DNA of 64,000 nt, taken from a virus (lineage: Duplodnaviria > Caudoviricetes). The notes beneath the pieces were generated by a model. The model had not been told where the DNA came from. It was given only the letters and a program-made list of their open reading frames with translations, and searched no databases. Shown piece by piece: positions 9,009 through 17,901 of the stretch; the stretch's first letter is position 1, and every line of letters begins with the position of its first letter. Both the position numbers and the translations under genes were made by a program. The stretch covers positions 1,637 to 65,636 of IMG/VR virus record IMGVR_UViG_3300032893_000040. One strand, given 5' to 3'.

Positions 9009-9505
9009 TGGAAAGACCGAAACGAATCTTCTGGATGTTGGGTGAGCAACAGGCCGGGAAGTCCATGCTCACCCACGTGCTCCGATCTTACGGGGCATCC
9101 GTCCTCCAGATAGGGGAGGAGCTTCGTAAGACCATCACCCCGCGTGAGTTTGCTGAGATGAGCAACCCGTACGGCCCGGAGGAGGTCGAGAAGCGTGTGC
9201 AGGATATGATCTACACCGCCGTGCGGACCTTCGACCGGGACCCCCGGAGCACCGTGCTTGTCATAGATTCAGCTCCCCGGAACCGTGGACAGGCCCTCCT
9301 CATGCGGGACGTACAGGACATCAGCACGGTACTGTTCCTGTCGGAGAACTTCGAGGTCCGCAAGAATCGTGCCCGTCAGAGATACGGCAACGATCTCACG
9401 CTCTTCGAGAAAAGGGAGGCCTTCGAGAGGGCGTGGCTCGCGGAGTTCCTTCAGACCTGCATCGAAATGAACCTTGACTACATCGAGCTGAAAGGACAGG
9501 CATAA
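9008..9505 (+). CDS. adenylate-kinase-like (d)NMP kinase
   Basis: P-loop GEQQAGKS; IGEELR; LVIDSAPRNRGQA resembles the AK motif DGxPRxxxQ; TGATG coupling to purZ. Confidence 0.75.
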   Translation: MERPKRIFWMLGEQQAGKSMLTHVLRSYGASVLQIGEELRKTITPREFAEMSNPYGPEEVEKRVQDMIYTAVRTFDRDPRSTVLVIDSAPRNRGQALLMRDVQDISTVLFLSENFEVRKNRARQRYGNDLTLFEKREAFERAWLAEFLQTCIEMNLDYIELKGQA

Positions 9506-9606
9506 TGGCCACACGTAACGGTGATGAGGCCCAGACTACCGTCATGATTGTAATTCTTGTAATAGCTGGTATTCTGCTCATAGCACTCCATCCATGGGTG
9601 AATTAA
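9505..9606 (+). CDS. small single-TM protein (33 aa)
   Basis: VMIVILVIAGILLIAL; TAATG coupling on both sides. Confidence 0.55.
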   Translation: MATRNGDEAQTTVMIVILVIAGILLIALHPWVN

Positions 9607-10061
9607 TGGACGAGACCGAATTTCTGGTTTACATCGCCGACACGCGTGCTGGGATGCAGTTCAAAGCTCAGAAGGACGGAGACTGTGGATATGACCTCGA
9701 AGTCTGGTTTCCAAATGGGCAGACTGAGATTACTCTGCTCCCGTGGTCGTTCGTGGACCTGCCGACAGGTCTGTGCGTTAAGGTGGGCGATAACGCGTGG
9801 GGTATGGTCCGCCCAAGAAGCTCTACATTATTTAAACGTAGACTTCTCGTGGGTGAGGGCACAATTGATTCTGGGTATACGGGGCCTCTTTACGTCACGG
9901 TATACAACCCCACCCCGTACGCGGCGGTGATTAAGAACGGCGACCGTCTCGGCCAACTCATTCCTGTCCCCAAATTTAAGACTGTGAAGGTGACCTATGT
10001 CAGTGAAATGCCCAATACTGCGCGTGGGACCAGCGGATTCGGCTCAACCGGAGGGATTTAA
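9606..10061 (+). CDS. dut: trimeric dUTPase-family nucleotidohydrolase
   Basis: All five motifs: CGYDL, PRSS, GTIDSGYTG, GDRLGQL, RGTSGFGSTG. Confidence 0.9.
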   Translation: MDETEFLVYIADTRAGMQFKAQKDGDCGYDLEVWFPNGQTEITLLPWSFVDLPTGLCVKVGDNAWGMVRPRSSTLFKRRLLVGEGTIDSGYTGPLYVTVYNPTPYAAVIKNGDRLGQLIPVPKFKTVKVTYVSEMPNTARGTSGFGSTGGI

Positions 10062-10554
10062 TAATACAACTACCACCTGGAAAGGGAAGCGAAATTTCGG
10101 CAAGACAGTGTGCGTGGACTTCGACGGGGTGATCGCCGGGATGCAGAAGGGATGGCGCGGTCCTGATAGTTTCGGGCCAATCATACCGGGGGCGTGCTTA
10201 TCATTACAACGGCTTGCTGGCGATGGGTGGTACATCATTATTTTCACTACCAGACTTGTCACCCGTCAGTTGGTCGAATGGCTCAAAGGTAATTGCGTCC
10301 CATTTAATGATATCAACGGTCGGTGCTTCGTCGAGAAGGGCGTACTCTATGTGCGTCTCCAGCGTTACAATCGGTCCACCGTTGATTATCGCCCCGCCCG
10401 TCCCCGGTGGTACTGGAGACACAACCCGGAATGGGCCAGTATCAAGCCGATCGCGTCCGTCTATCTGGACGACCATGGTTGGCCCATCAAGGGTGACTTC
10501 ACGCCGAACGTGTGGAATGCGGTAGTAAGGGACCTGATAGATGGAAATTACTGA
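9997..10554 (+). CDS. HAD-superfamily phosphatase/nucleotidase
   Basis: CVDFDGVI, IFTTR, KP, YLDD; start codon uncertain. Confidence 0.8.
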   Translation: MSVKCPILRVGPADSAQPEGFNNTTTTWKGKRNFGKTVCVDFDGVIAGMQKGWRGPDSFGPIIPGACLSLQRLAGDGWYIIIFTTRLVTRQLVEWLKGNCVPFNDINGRCFVEKGVLYVRLQRYNRSTVDYRPARPRWYWRHNPEWASIKPIASVYLDDHGWPIKGDFTPNVWNAVVRDLIDGNY

Positions 10555-11860
10555 ACTTACGCTGGGGATACCTGACGACTTCCAGCGTACACTTATTGCA
10601 CTCATGTGTGCGGACCCGGATTGGTTGGAGGTGAACCGCCCGTTCGTTAAGGCGGAATTCTTCGACCGGATGGAGCACAGAGCCGTGGTGGGGTGCATAC
10701 TCGAGTTCTTCGATAAGCACGGGACTCCACCCACCTTTGACGTGCTGGATGACGTGATAAGGGAGAGGCTCCCCAATCCGGACCTCCTCGGCGCGTCTCT
10801 CCGGGAGATTTCCTGCGTGCAGGACATTGAAATCACTCTTTCCAAGGTGCGTCATGCCACAGATAAGCTACAAGTCTTCGCTGAAACTCAACATCTCCGT
10901 GAATGCATCAGAGCCGGAGCAATTGCCATCGACGGAGGAGATATTGCATCTGCTCGCCGTGCACTGGCTTCAGCCGAAGACGTTGCGCGGATCAACCACT
11001 CTGCGGTTCTCTCGATATTCGATGAAACTGGGATGGACGAGAGGTCCGATAAGGAGTCAGAAGTCGAGACGATGGACAAGATACCCACTCTTCATCGGGG
11101 TCTTGATAAAAAGCTTCGCGGAGGTTTTGCTCGTAAGGAGCTTCACATTCTTATGGCACCTCCTTATCGTGGCAAGTCGGCTGGCCTGGTTGATCTGGGG
11201 GGGAACGCGCTCTTTTGTGGGGCCAAGGTTCTCCACGTTACTTGTGAAATGTCGGCTAAGAAAACCGCCAGCCGATACGACCTCAAAATCTCCGGCATGA
11301 CGCGTGATGAGATAGAGGCTAACCCGACCGAGTTCAAAGCCCGGATGCTCCATTTCCAGAGCACCTTCAAGGGAAATCTGAAGGTCATCGAGTTCCCCTC
11401 CCGGTCGGCGACGGTGGCCGATATCGAAGCCCAGATGAAGTTCCTGCTCCGTAGGCAGAATTTTTGGCCCGACGTGCTCGTGGTGGACTATCTGGACGAA
11501 CTCAAGCGTCCGAACCGCGATAACGAGGCTTACGCACTCGGGCAAGTAACCTCCGAACTCCGTGCCCTCAACCAGAAGAGCAACACGGTCGGCCTGTCCG
11601 CTACCCAGACCACGAGACAGGGGTTCTCCAAGCAACGCCTCGACATGGACGACATCGGCGACTCCTGGGAAAAGGTGAAGATCGCCGACAGTCTCATAGG
11701 GATGTGTCAAACCAAGGATGAGGAAGATGACAACACCATGCGCCTGTACATGCTCAAGAACAGGGACAACCAGCGGAATTCATCCCCGGTCTTGATGCGG
11801 ACCATATTTGAACGGATGACGTTCAAGGACATCACATTCGAGGAAGGGGCGGCAAAATGA
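10541..11860 (+). CDS. DnaB-like (SF4) replicative helicase
   Basis: APPYRGKS, TCEMS, VVDYLD, SATQ, KNRD. Confidence 0.92.
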   Translation: MEITELTLGIPDDFQRTLIALMCADPDWLEVNRPFVKAEFFDRMEHRAVVGCILEFFDKHGTPPTFDVLDDVIRERLPNPDLLGASLREISCVQDIEITLSKVRHATDKLQVFAETQHLRECIRAGAIAIDGGDIASARRALASAEDVARINHSAVLSIFDETGMDERSDKESEVETMDKIPTLHRGLDKKLRGGFARKELHILMAPPYRGKSAGLVDLGGNALFCGAKVLHVTCEMSAKKTASRYDLKISGMTRDEIEANPTEFKARMLHFQSTFKGNLKVIEFPSRSATVADIEAQMKFLLRRQNFWPDVLVVDYLDELKRPNRDNEAYALGQVTSELRALNQKSNTVGLSATQTTRQGFSKQRLDMDDIGDSWEKVKIADSLIGMCQTKDEEDDNTMRLYMLKNRDNQRNSSPVLMRTIFERMTFKDITFEEGAAK

Positions 11861-13191
11861 GACTGATACCAGCAGGACCGATACTTTCGGTAACGGGGCA
11901 GGATTATCAATCCATCTCGCTCGCATGGACCGACATCTCTCAACCAGGGATCCCGGTGATAGGTTACCAGATTTATCGCGGTCTAGGCTCGAGCCCGTCG
12001 TCGTTCAGCCTGATCGCTACCGTGGGGAGACAACTCACTTATGTAGATCAGGGCCTTTCCCCATCAACCACTTACAGCTATTACGTAGTCGGGATTTACC
12101 AGCCGGGACTTCTCACGTCCCCATCCAACATCGTCACAGACACCACGGCGGCGGCTATTCCTTGGCTTTACGCGCTCCGGTCCGGGGCGATGGACATTTA
12201 CAACGTGGCTGATCCAGCACACATGTCGCTCAATAACAGCGACACAGCATATTCCCAGGGAAGTACAGCCAACCAGCAACTTGCCGATTCGGATTACCTG
12301 TATCTGGCAAACGACGGGAAGGTCGGCATCTATAGGTGGTCGGCCAATCCAACGGCACCCACCAATCCGTTTCTGTATAGCCATGCGAGCCAGATAATAG
12401 TGAGGCGCGGCCTCACCAACTACAACAATCTCATGCTGTTGTGGGTTGGGTCTCCATTTGCTGACATCGGCATCTATACCTACAACATCTCGAATCCGGC
12501 GAGTCCAACACAGCTTTATCATTCAACCGGGGACAGTGAGCTTGCGGCCGGACAGAAAGGCCCCGGTCATTCGGCATTCGCTTTTGACCCTGTTGGTGGG
12601 AAGCTCTGGTTCTGTACGGCGTGGACCGGATATAAGTACGAGATTTCGTATTTCCCCATAGCCTCTGACGGGACCATCGGGGCAATGAACACCATGTACC
12701 AGACCATCTGGGGCGGATCGAACGAAGCTTCGATGGCGTTCATCTACAACGGTAGGTTCTGGTACAACCAGAACCAGACATGGCTCAAGTCGTATTACAT
12801 GAACGGCGGCGGTGAAGCCATGACTCCGTGGACTTGGCCCGGAGCCGCGGGTGATTTCCATTATCAACCTCCGAGAATCGTTGGGGGGCACTATGCAATA
12901 TTTGGTGCTGATGGGGCCAACGCCGCTCACGGTGCGCTTATTGTGGTCGATCTCAACACAATGACGGTGGTTGCCAACATCGGAACCCTGAATACGCAGT
13001 GCACGTCGTTCACGATAGCGGGTCCTTACCTGTTTTACGTGACAGGGACCACCCTCTATGCGTACAACATCTCAAATCCGACCTCACCTTCACTGGTGAG
13101 TAGCCTCGGCAGTCTACCGGCCTCTGCCATCGGCTTGACAGGGTACGCGTCCACAGGCTGGGATGGGAATAACGGACTCTGCACGTCATGA
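11857..13191 (+). CDS. fibronectin-III plus beta-propeller (LVIVD-like) protein
   Basis: SISLAW..GYQIYR..TYVDQGLSPSTTYSYYV; three YN(V/I)(A/S)(D/N)P blade ends; LIVVDL. Confidence 0.7.
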   Translation: MRLIPAGPILSVTGQDYQSISLAWTDISQPGIPVIGYQIYRGLGSSPSSFSLIATVGRQLTYVDQGLSPSTTYSYYVVGIYQPGLLTSPSNIVTDTTAAAIPWLYALRSGAMDIYNVADPAHMSLNNSDTAYSQGSTANQQLADSDYLYLANDGKVGIYRWSANPTAPTNPFLYSHASQIIVRRGLTNYNNLMLLWVGSPFADIGIYTYNISNPASPTQLYHSTGDSELAAGQKGPGHSAFAFDPVGGKLWFCTAWTGYKYEISYFPIASDGTIGAMNTMYQTIWGGSNEASMAFIYNGRFWYNQNQTWLKSYYMNGGGEAMTPWTWPGAAGDFHYQPPRIVGGHYAIFGADGANAAHGALIVVDLNTMTVVANIGTLNTQCTSFTIAGPYLFYVTGTTLYAYNISNPTSPSLVSSLGSLPASAIGLTGYASTGWDGNNGLCTS

Positions 13192-14120
13192 TAAACGTCA
13201 ATCAAATCGCCGCCGTATTCGGAACGATCTGGGATTCACACGGTCCCGAGTACAAAGTCACGTGCCCCAAGTGTAGCACGAAGGCACTCTGGATTAACGT
13301 GAGGAAGCACGCTTATCACTGCTTCTCCTGCGGGGACGGGGGGGCACTCCAGCTTTTGGTTCCTGGATGGGCACCGAGTATCACGGCTCAATGGGTCGGG
13401 GCGAGTGAGAAGGAGACATTTGAAATTCCGGATGTCCTTCCACTTAGCTACATGAGGATAAGGTCTCGATGCGACTATCGGCCGGGGTGGGACTACATCG
13501 AGCATCGTGGAGTTCAGGCCGGGGCGGTGGAATGGGGTGTCGTGCCCGGAGATTCGGCTGTGTACTTCCCGATGAGGGAGCAGGGTAGAATAGTTTATTG
13601 GCAATCCCGGTCTCACTCCTGGGTGGAGAAGCGCAAAACCCAGAACCCGAAGGGTATTGCTAAAAGTGAAGTCGTGTATCGGATTGATGAATTGGGGGGC
13701 GGGGATGTTTTTCACGCGATCTGTATCATCGTGGAGGGAATCTTCGATGCGCTCCGGGTGGGCGGCGTGGCCACCCTCGGCAAGACCTGCAGTCCGGCAC
13801 AGGCTTATAAGATTCTGAACCGGAGGCCTTACGTAATCTTCGTGGTGTACGACGATGATGCGTATGAGGCTTCGAAGGTCACGGCGAAGATGTTCTCGGA
13901 GATGGACCGGAGCATACCTGCGATTCCTGTTTACATCACCGGGGGTGACCCTGCTGATCTCGGATGGGATTACGTGAGGTTGGCTATCAGAGCGGCCCTT
14001 TGGGGCCATGAATCAATTTGCTCACTATGCGGCGTAAGCGCGAAATCGATCGAGACACGGTTGCTGGAGATGTCCCCAAAGACTGCGCTATCATGCTCCC
14101 GGTTATCTCCACCGCGTTAG
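13188..14120 (+). CDS. DNA primase (Zn finger + TOPRIM)
   Basis: CPKC...HCFSC, IVEGIFDAL, YDDD, GDPAD. Confidence 0.9.
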   Translation: MINVNQIAAVFGTIWDSHGPEYKVTCPKCSTKALWINVRKHAYHCFSCGDGGALQLLVPGWAPSITAQWVGASEKETFEIPDVLPLSYMRIRSRCDYRPGWDYIEHRGVQAGAVEWGVVPGDSAVYFPMREQGRIVYWQSRSHSWVEKRKTQNPKGIAKSEVVYRIDELGGGDVFHAICIIVEGIFDALRVGGVATLGKTCSPAQAYKILNRRPYVIFVVYDDDAYEASKVTAKMFSEMDRSIPAIPVYITGGDPADLGWDYVRLAIRAALWGHESICSLCGVSAKSIETRLLEMSPKTALSCSRLSPPR

Positions 14121-14622
14121 CATGCCCCGCCGCTTGGGCACTCGTGCCCCGGAGTTTGGTATCGTAGAACACGCGTTCGGCACGGGTGACCAGCGGACGG
14201 GGGGGTGCGAGCAGGAGTTCCAGAACGCGCCTGTCGATGTCAAATTCCAGGGCCATGGAGATCATGTCGGCGTACTCCTTCAGCACGAGCACGTCGAACG
14301 GTGAAGGTTCCCGCGACTCGAGTATCTCCTCCCCCCACTCGTCCTTGAGACCGTCATCTTCAAGACCGAACGTGCGCGAATAGGCGCGGTAGAAGTCGCA
14401 GAGTAGGTTGTGTATCGAGGTACGAAACAGTGCGGTGAGTTCCGCATCCGGGATGCTGGTGCGCCGGAGTAGCTCAACCAGCTTGATGGCGCACTCCTGC
14501 CTGAGGTCCTCCGCGATGCGGTAACGGAAGCTGGAGGAGAACCGTGCGCACATGTGCTCGACGTACGGACCTACCTCCTGCCAGATACGATCAAACCGCT
14601 TATCAACGTGTTGGCTTCGCAT
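13987..14622 (-). CDS. phage sigma70-family (ECF-sized) sigma factor
   Basis: Region 2 AEDLRQE...IHNLLCDFYR; region 4 HTH MIAQSLGTSPATVSRSISRLR. Confidence 0.85.
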   Translation of the reverse strand: MRSQHVDKRFDRIWQEVGPYVEHMCARFSSSFRYRIAEDLRQECAIKLVELLRRTSIPDAELTALFRTSIHNLLCDFYRAYSRTFGLEDDGLKDEWGEEILESREPSPFDVLVLKEYADMISMALEFDIDRRVLELLLAPPRPLVTRAERVFYDTKLRGTSAQAAGHANAVEITGSMIAQSLGTSPATVSRSISRLRRIVSKLIHGPKGPL

Positions 14623-14788
14623 CTTCGAGGACCAGGGCTATCATTTTCTCCCAGATTTTCAGGTCCTCGTGCTGGGACACGTTGGGGACGGCGACCTTCA
14701 CGTTGACGATCGACCACTTTCGCCTACCCCGCTTGGGTCCGGCATCCACCTTGGCCGGGAGTCCCATGAATTTAGTGTACGTTGCCAT
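14603..14788 (-). CDS. hypothetical protein
   Basis: AGGAG RBS; operon continuity. Confidence 0.55.
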   Translation of the reverse strand: MATYTKFMGLPAKVDAGPKRGRRKWSIVNVKVAVPNVSQHEDLKIWEKMIALVLEDAKPTR

Positions 14789-15065
14789 CTTTCTTCTCCT
14801 TCCGAAAAGCAGAGGGATAATACCCGCCGAATCCGTTGCCACCTTTCCGCATCACGAGTTCGTGATTGCGCCTGAGCCGGGACTTTGCTTCAAGTTCCGG
14901 GTATCCCAGAAGCTCGTTCGTCTTTCTGATCGAGTGCAGGGGGTGCCCACATTGACTGCAGTAGAGCGAATTGCTCCTGTATCTCCACACGTCCCCGCAG
15001 TGTGTGCACATCTTTTTGATGTACACGGGGGAAAGCCGTGGCACCGTGTTCTTTCTGTGACCCAT
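14772..15065 (-). CDS. Zn-ribbon protein
   Basis: CTHC...CSQC. Confidence 0.65.
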   Translation of the reverse strand: MGHRKNTVPRLSPVYIKKMCTHCGDVWRYRSNSLYCSQCGHPLHSIRKTNELLGYPELEAKSRLRRNHELVMRKGGNGFGGYYPSAFRKEKKDGNVH

Positions 15066-15287
15066 TCACACCCCCGGCAGTTGCTTCACGCGGACGACCT
15101 TCAGGCACGCGGCTCGGAGACCGTCGCGGATGGTTGCTTCAAGATCGGCCTTCATCATGCTCGTGTCCGCTTCCACCGTCACCGAGAAGGTTGCTCGGAC
15201 CGTCCTCTCCCTTTTTGCCTGGTCCTCGTAGAACTTTGTTCTTTCCGGTGAATTCAGATCGGGTGCTTCCTGCTGGTCCGACATCAT
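15066..15287 (-). CDS. hypothetical protein
   Basis: GGAGG RBS; ATGA overlap. Confidence 0.65.
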   Translation of the reverse strand: MMSDQQEAPDLNSPERTKFYEDQAKRERTVRATFSVTVEADTSMMKADLEATIRDGLRAACLKVVRVKQLPGV

Positions 15288-15706
15288 TCCTCCAATTCTG
15301 GTTTGAAAAATTGTTTGATGAGTGCCTTTGCACTCTTGTCTTTGGTGAGTTCGGTGATTGCATCAAAATCGTCTTTACGGTACGCGTCCGCGAATTTTTG
15401 AAGCACGGCGCGGTCATCCTCGGGGAGATCGAGGAGCACGTTTACGTCCACCTGATAGAACTTGGCTAGCCCCTGCATGTAGCTCGACGGCTTGACCGAC
15501 ATTTCCTGCAGTCCGAGTTCGAACCGTGCCGCATGGTCCGGGCACATGGGTTCATGGAAGATGCAGTCGAATTTCTTCATTACTACCACCTCGGTGGCCT
15601 CGGCCATGCACCCCGGTCGGGTACAGGTCGGGTACTTGGAGATGCCGAAGTAGTTCTCCGTAAGCTGGTACGGACGCTTCTCGAGCACTTCGATCATTCG
15701 TTTCAT
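15284..15706 (-). CDS. hypothetical Zn-binding protein
   Basis: CTRPGC...CPDH; start moved to MKRMIEV (GAGG RBS). Confidence 0.65.
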   Translation of the reverse strand: MKRMIEVLEKRPYQLTENYFGISKYPTCTRPGCMAEATEVVVMKKFDCIFHEPMCPDHAARFELGLQEMSVKPSSYMQGLAKFYQVDVNVLLDLPEDDRAVLQKFADAYRKDDFDAITELTKDKSAKALIKQFFKPELEE

Positions 15707-15723
15707 CTTGTTCCTCGATATAG

Positions 15724-15758
15724 AGGGGTGGCTGGGCAAGTCGCACCCAGCCACCCTT
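15724..15758 (-). terminator. GC-rich hairpin after the 15763 gene
   Basis: GGGTGGCTGGG/CCCAGCCACCC 11-bp stem; weak U-tract. Confidence 0.5.
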
Positions 15759-15762
15759 CCGG

Positions 15763-16251
15763 TTAGCTGATCAGGTCCGCGACCCTCGCGGCCTTGCCCT
15801 TCTTCCCGGCACCAGCCGGAGGGGGTGCGAAGTCGTCCGTTGCCTCACCTGCCGCTTTCGCCGTGTCGGGTGCGGGTGTGGCCTTCACGGGTTTCTCCGT
15901 CTTCGGGGCCTTCACAGCCTTCCCCTTGGCCGGGGGAGCGTCCTTCTTCCCCTTGAGCGCGGCCAGCTTCTCCTTGCTCTTGGCCTTCTTGCAGTCGTGG
16001 CACGCCTTGACCTGGAACACGTCGGACGTGAACACGCGATCGGTGTGGCCGCAGTCCAGCTTCATCTCGACCGAGTACTTGTTGTGGTCGGAGTCGAACT
16101 GCATGGACCCCTTCGTGATCTTCTTGTCCGGGTATTTCGCCCGGAGTGCGGCTTCCCGCGATTCGAGAGTCTTTTCGGGTTTCGTCGCCTTTGCTTTGGC
16201 CTCGGCGACCTCTTCCTTGGTAGGAAGAACAGGCCGTTCGCGCTTTGTCAC
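15763..16251 (-). CDS. early Zn-finger protein with Lys/Ala/Pro tail, paralog of 21042-21455
   Basis: LRAKYP..GS..NK..KLDCGHT..TSDVFQVKACHDC; GTG start with AGGAGG. Confidence 0.8.
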   Translation of the reverse strand: MTKRERPVLPTKEEVAEAKAKATKPEKTLESREAALRAKYPDKKITKGSMQFDSDHNKYSVEMKLDCGHTDRVFTSDVFQVKACHDCKKAKSKEKLAALKGKKDAPPAKGKAVKAPKTEKPVKATPAPDTAKAAGEATDDFAPPPAGAGKKGKAARVADLIS

Positions 16252-16280
16252 TGGTACCTCCTGTTGGGTTGTGTGGTTGT

Positions 16281-16466
16281 TTAGTTGATGTAACATAAAG
16301 CGATGTGCATCTTGCGTCCGATCTTGACCGCGTACACCACCATCACCTTGCTCGGTTCACTGAGAATAATGATGGTGTCATTGACGAGTTCATACACGAA
16401 CCCTTTGATCACCTCCTTGTCTTCCTCTATTTCCGAACCTTCAAGGTCCAGACAAACTATAGTCAC
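16281..16466 (-). CDS. hypothetical early protein
   Basis: 4-nt overlap within a coupled gene chain. Confidence 0.55.
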   Translation of the reverse strand: MTIVCLDLEGSEIEEDKEVIKGFVYELVNDTIIILSEPSKVMVVYAVKIGRKMHIALCYIN

Positions 16467-16738
16467 CTTCGCCTCGCGATTGCCGCTCGAATGGTCCCAG
16501 CGGTGAAGCCCATCTGTTTCATGGTGTCGGTGATCTCGTCATTGAGAGACTGGATGGCGAGATTCCGGGACACCTGACTCCGGGAAGAATAACTCCGGAC
16601 TGTGGTATCGATCTTGCACTCCACTCCACGAAATCCGAAGACGAGAGTGTACCAGACACCTGTGATGGGTGGGGTAGCACTCCAATCTGGGTCCGTGTGT
16701 TCATTGAGCTGAATGACCTTGAGCGTCGTCCTCTTCAT
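16463..16738 (-). CDS. hypothetical early protein
   Basis: AAGGAG RBS; ATGA overlap. Confidence 0.6.
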   Translation of the reverse strand: MKRTTLKVIQLNEHTDPDWSATPPITGVWYTLVFGFRGVECKIDTTVRSYSSRSQVSRNLAIQSLNDEITDTMKQMGFTAGTIRAAIARRR

Positions 16739-17076
16739 AGGGTCTCCTTGGTGACGAGCTTCTCAGGCCAGTATCCGTACCACCCTCTGTCTCCTCCTGC
16801 AAGCTGGACTCCAAAGTGACAGCCAGACGGAGAAAGTCGCTCCATCGCACTCCAGAGGTCTTCGTGAAACCACCAGAACATCTGATCGGTCTTCCAGAGA
16901 ACGTCATCCGGTGGAAGCCCAAGGAAATGGCCGTCCTGAACGAATTCGGACGGGCACGATTTGAGAAGCTCCCCGCACAGCGTCGGGTTCTCTTCATCGA
17001 TGAGACGCATGAACTTCGGGACGATCTCCTCTATTCTCTCGGAATACTGGCAGATTCTTTGGCCCTGATAAGTCAT
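16735..17076 (-). CDS. hypothetical early protein
   Basis: AGGAGG RBS; SPSGCHFG...YGYW C-terminus. Confidence 0.7.
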   Translation of the reverse strand: MTYQGQRICQYSERIEEIVPKFMRLIDEENPTLCGELLKSCPSEFVQDGHFLGLPPDDVLWKTDQMFWWFHEDLWSAMERLSPSGCHFGVQLAGGDRGWYGYWPEKLVTKETL

Positions 17077-17348
17077 CTTTTCCTCCTTCCTCCGTGAAAG
17101 TAGGGCACCGGAGCAACGACGTGCTTCGGATTCGCCATACGGAAACCGGACGTGTGGCGTTTGGCCCTCGTGATTCTCGCTTTGCGGGAACGTTGCCTCG
17201 CGGCGGACTGTTCTGCCTTCTCACGCGTCACGCGGTCGGCAACGACCTCCTTCATGTCCACCGTGAATTTCTCGAATGTTCCCGCAACGGGATGAACAGG
17301 TCTTTGAATGGCGTTGAGTATCGCCTTTATGGGATTTCCCTTCCTCAC
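17073..17348 (-). CDS. hypothetical basic early protein
   Basis: GGAGGT RBS; GTGA overlap. Confidence 0.6.
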   Translation of the reverse strand: MRKGNPIKAILNAIQRPVHPVAGTFEKFTVDMKEVVADRVTREKAEQSAARQRSRKARITRAKRHTSGFRMANPKHVVAPVPYFHGGRRKR

Positions 17349-17644
17349 ATCACCTCCAGTGGATGTATTGGTATGTGAACTGAGTTGATCTTCCGGAACG
17401 TAACGGTGGTCCGCTGGGTCGAACCATAGTCCGCGGGTTTCTCAAACACCCAGCCGATGGTGGCTTCCTCACCGTTGCAGTCTTCCGTCACCCGTCCCAC
17501 GAACCTCTCGGGCGGGTAGTCGTGCTTCACGTCAGCGAGGGCGTTCTTGAGGCTCGAATACCTTCGGGTCTCCGTGTGGGGGTCGTGCCATTTCTCCTGG
17601 CCCTTCTCCCGGTACTGGACCTCAATCAGCACTTCGTAAGCCAT
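17345..17644 (-). CDS. hypothetical early protein
   Basis: Start moved to MAYEVL; TIGWVFEK. Confidence 0.6.
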   Translation of the reverse strand: MAYEVLIEVQYREKGQEKWHDPHTETRRYSSLKNALADVKHDYPPERFVGRVTEDCNGEEATIGWVFEKPADYGSTQRTTVTFRKINSVHIPIHPLEVM

Positions 17645-17897
17645 CGGCTTTCCTCCTCTTTTGCATTTCGGCAACCATCTCTTCTGCTTCGTGACTCCTT
17701 CGATCGAGAATGGCTTCCCATTCCTTCTGAAGCTGATCGAGGACAAACTGGCGGCTCCCCCGGATGTTCAGCACCTCCTTGGCTAGCGCGTATGCGCTCC
17801 GTCCGCGAGTCTTCAGTCCCTTCATCTCCAGCGCGAGTCTGTGCTTGAGCTGAAGGATGAGCATGTCGCGGCGGTTTGGGTTATCGATGGCGATCAA
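17622..17897 (-). CDS. hypothetical early protein
   Basis: AGGAG RBS 8 nt before TTG; LALEMKGLKTRGRSAY. Confidence 0.55.
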   Translation of the reverse strand: MIAIDNPNRRDMLILQLKHRLALEMKGLKTRGRSAYALAKEVLNIRGSRQFVLDQLQKEWEAILDRRSHEAEEMVAEMQKRRKADGLRSAD

Positions 17898-17901
17898 ATC
17901 A

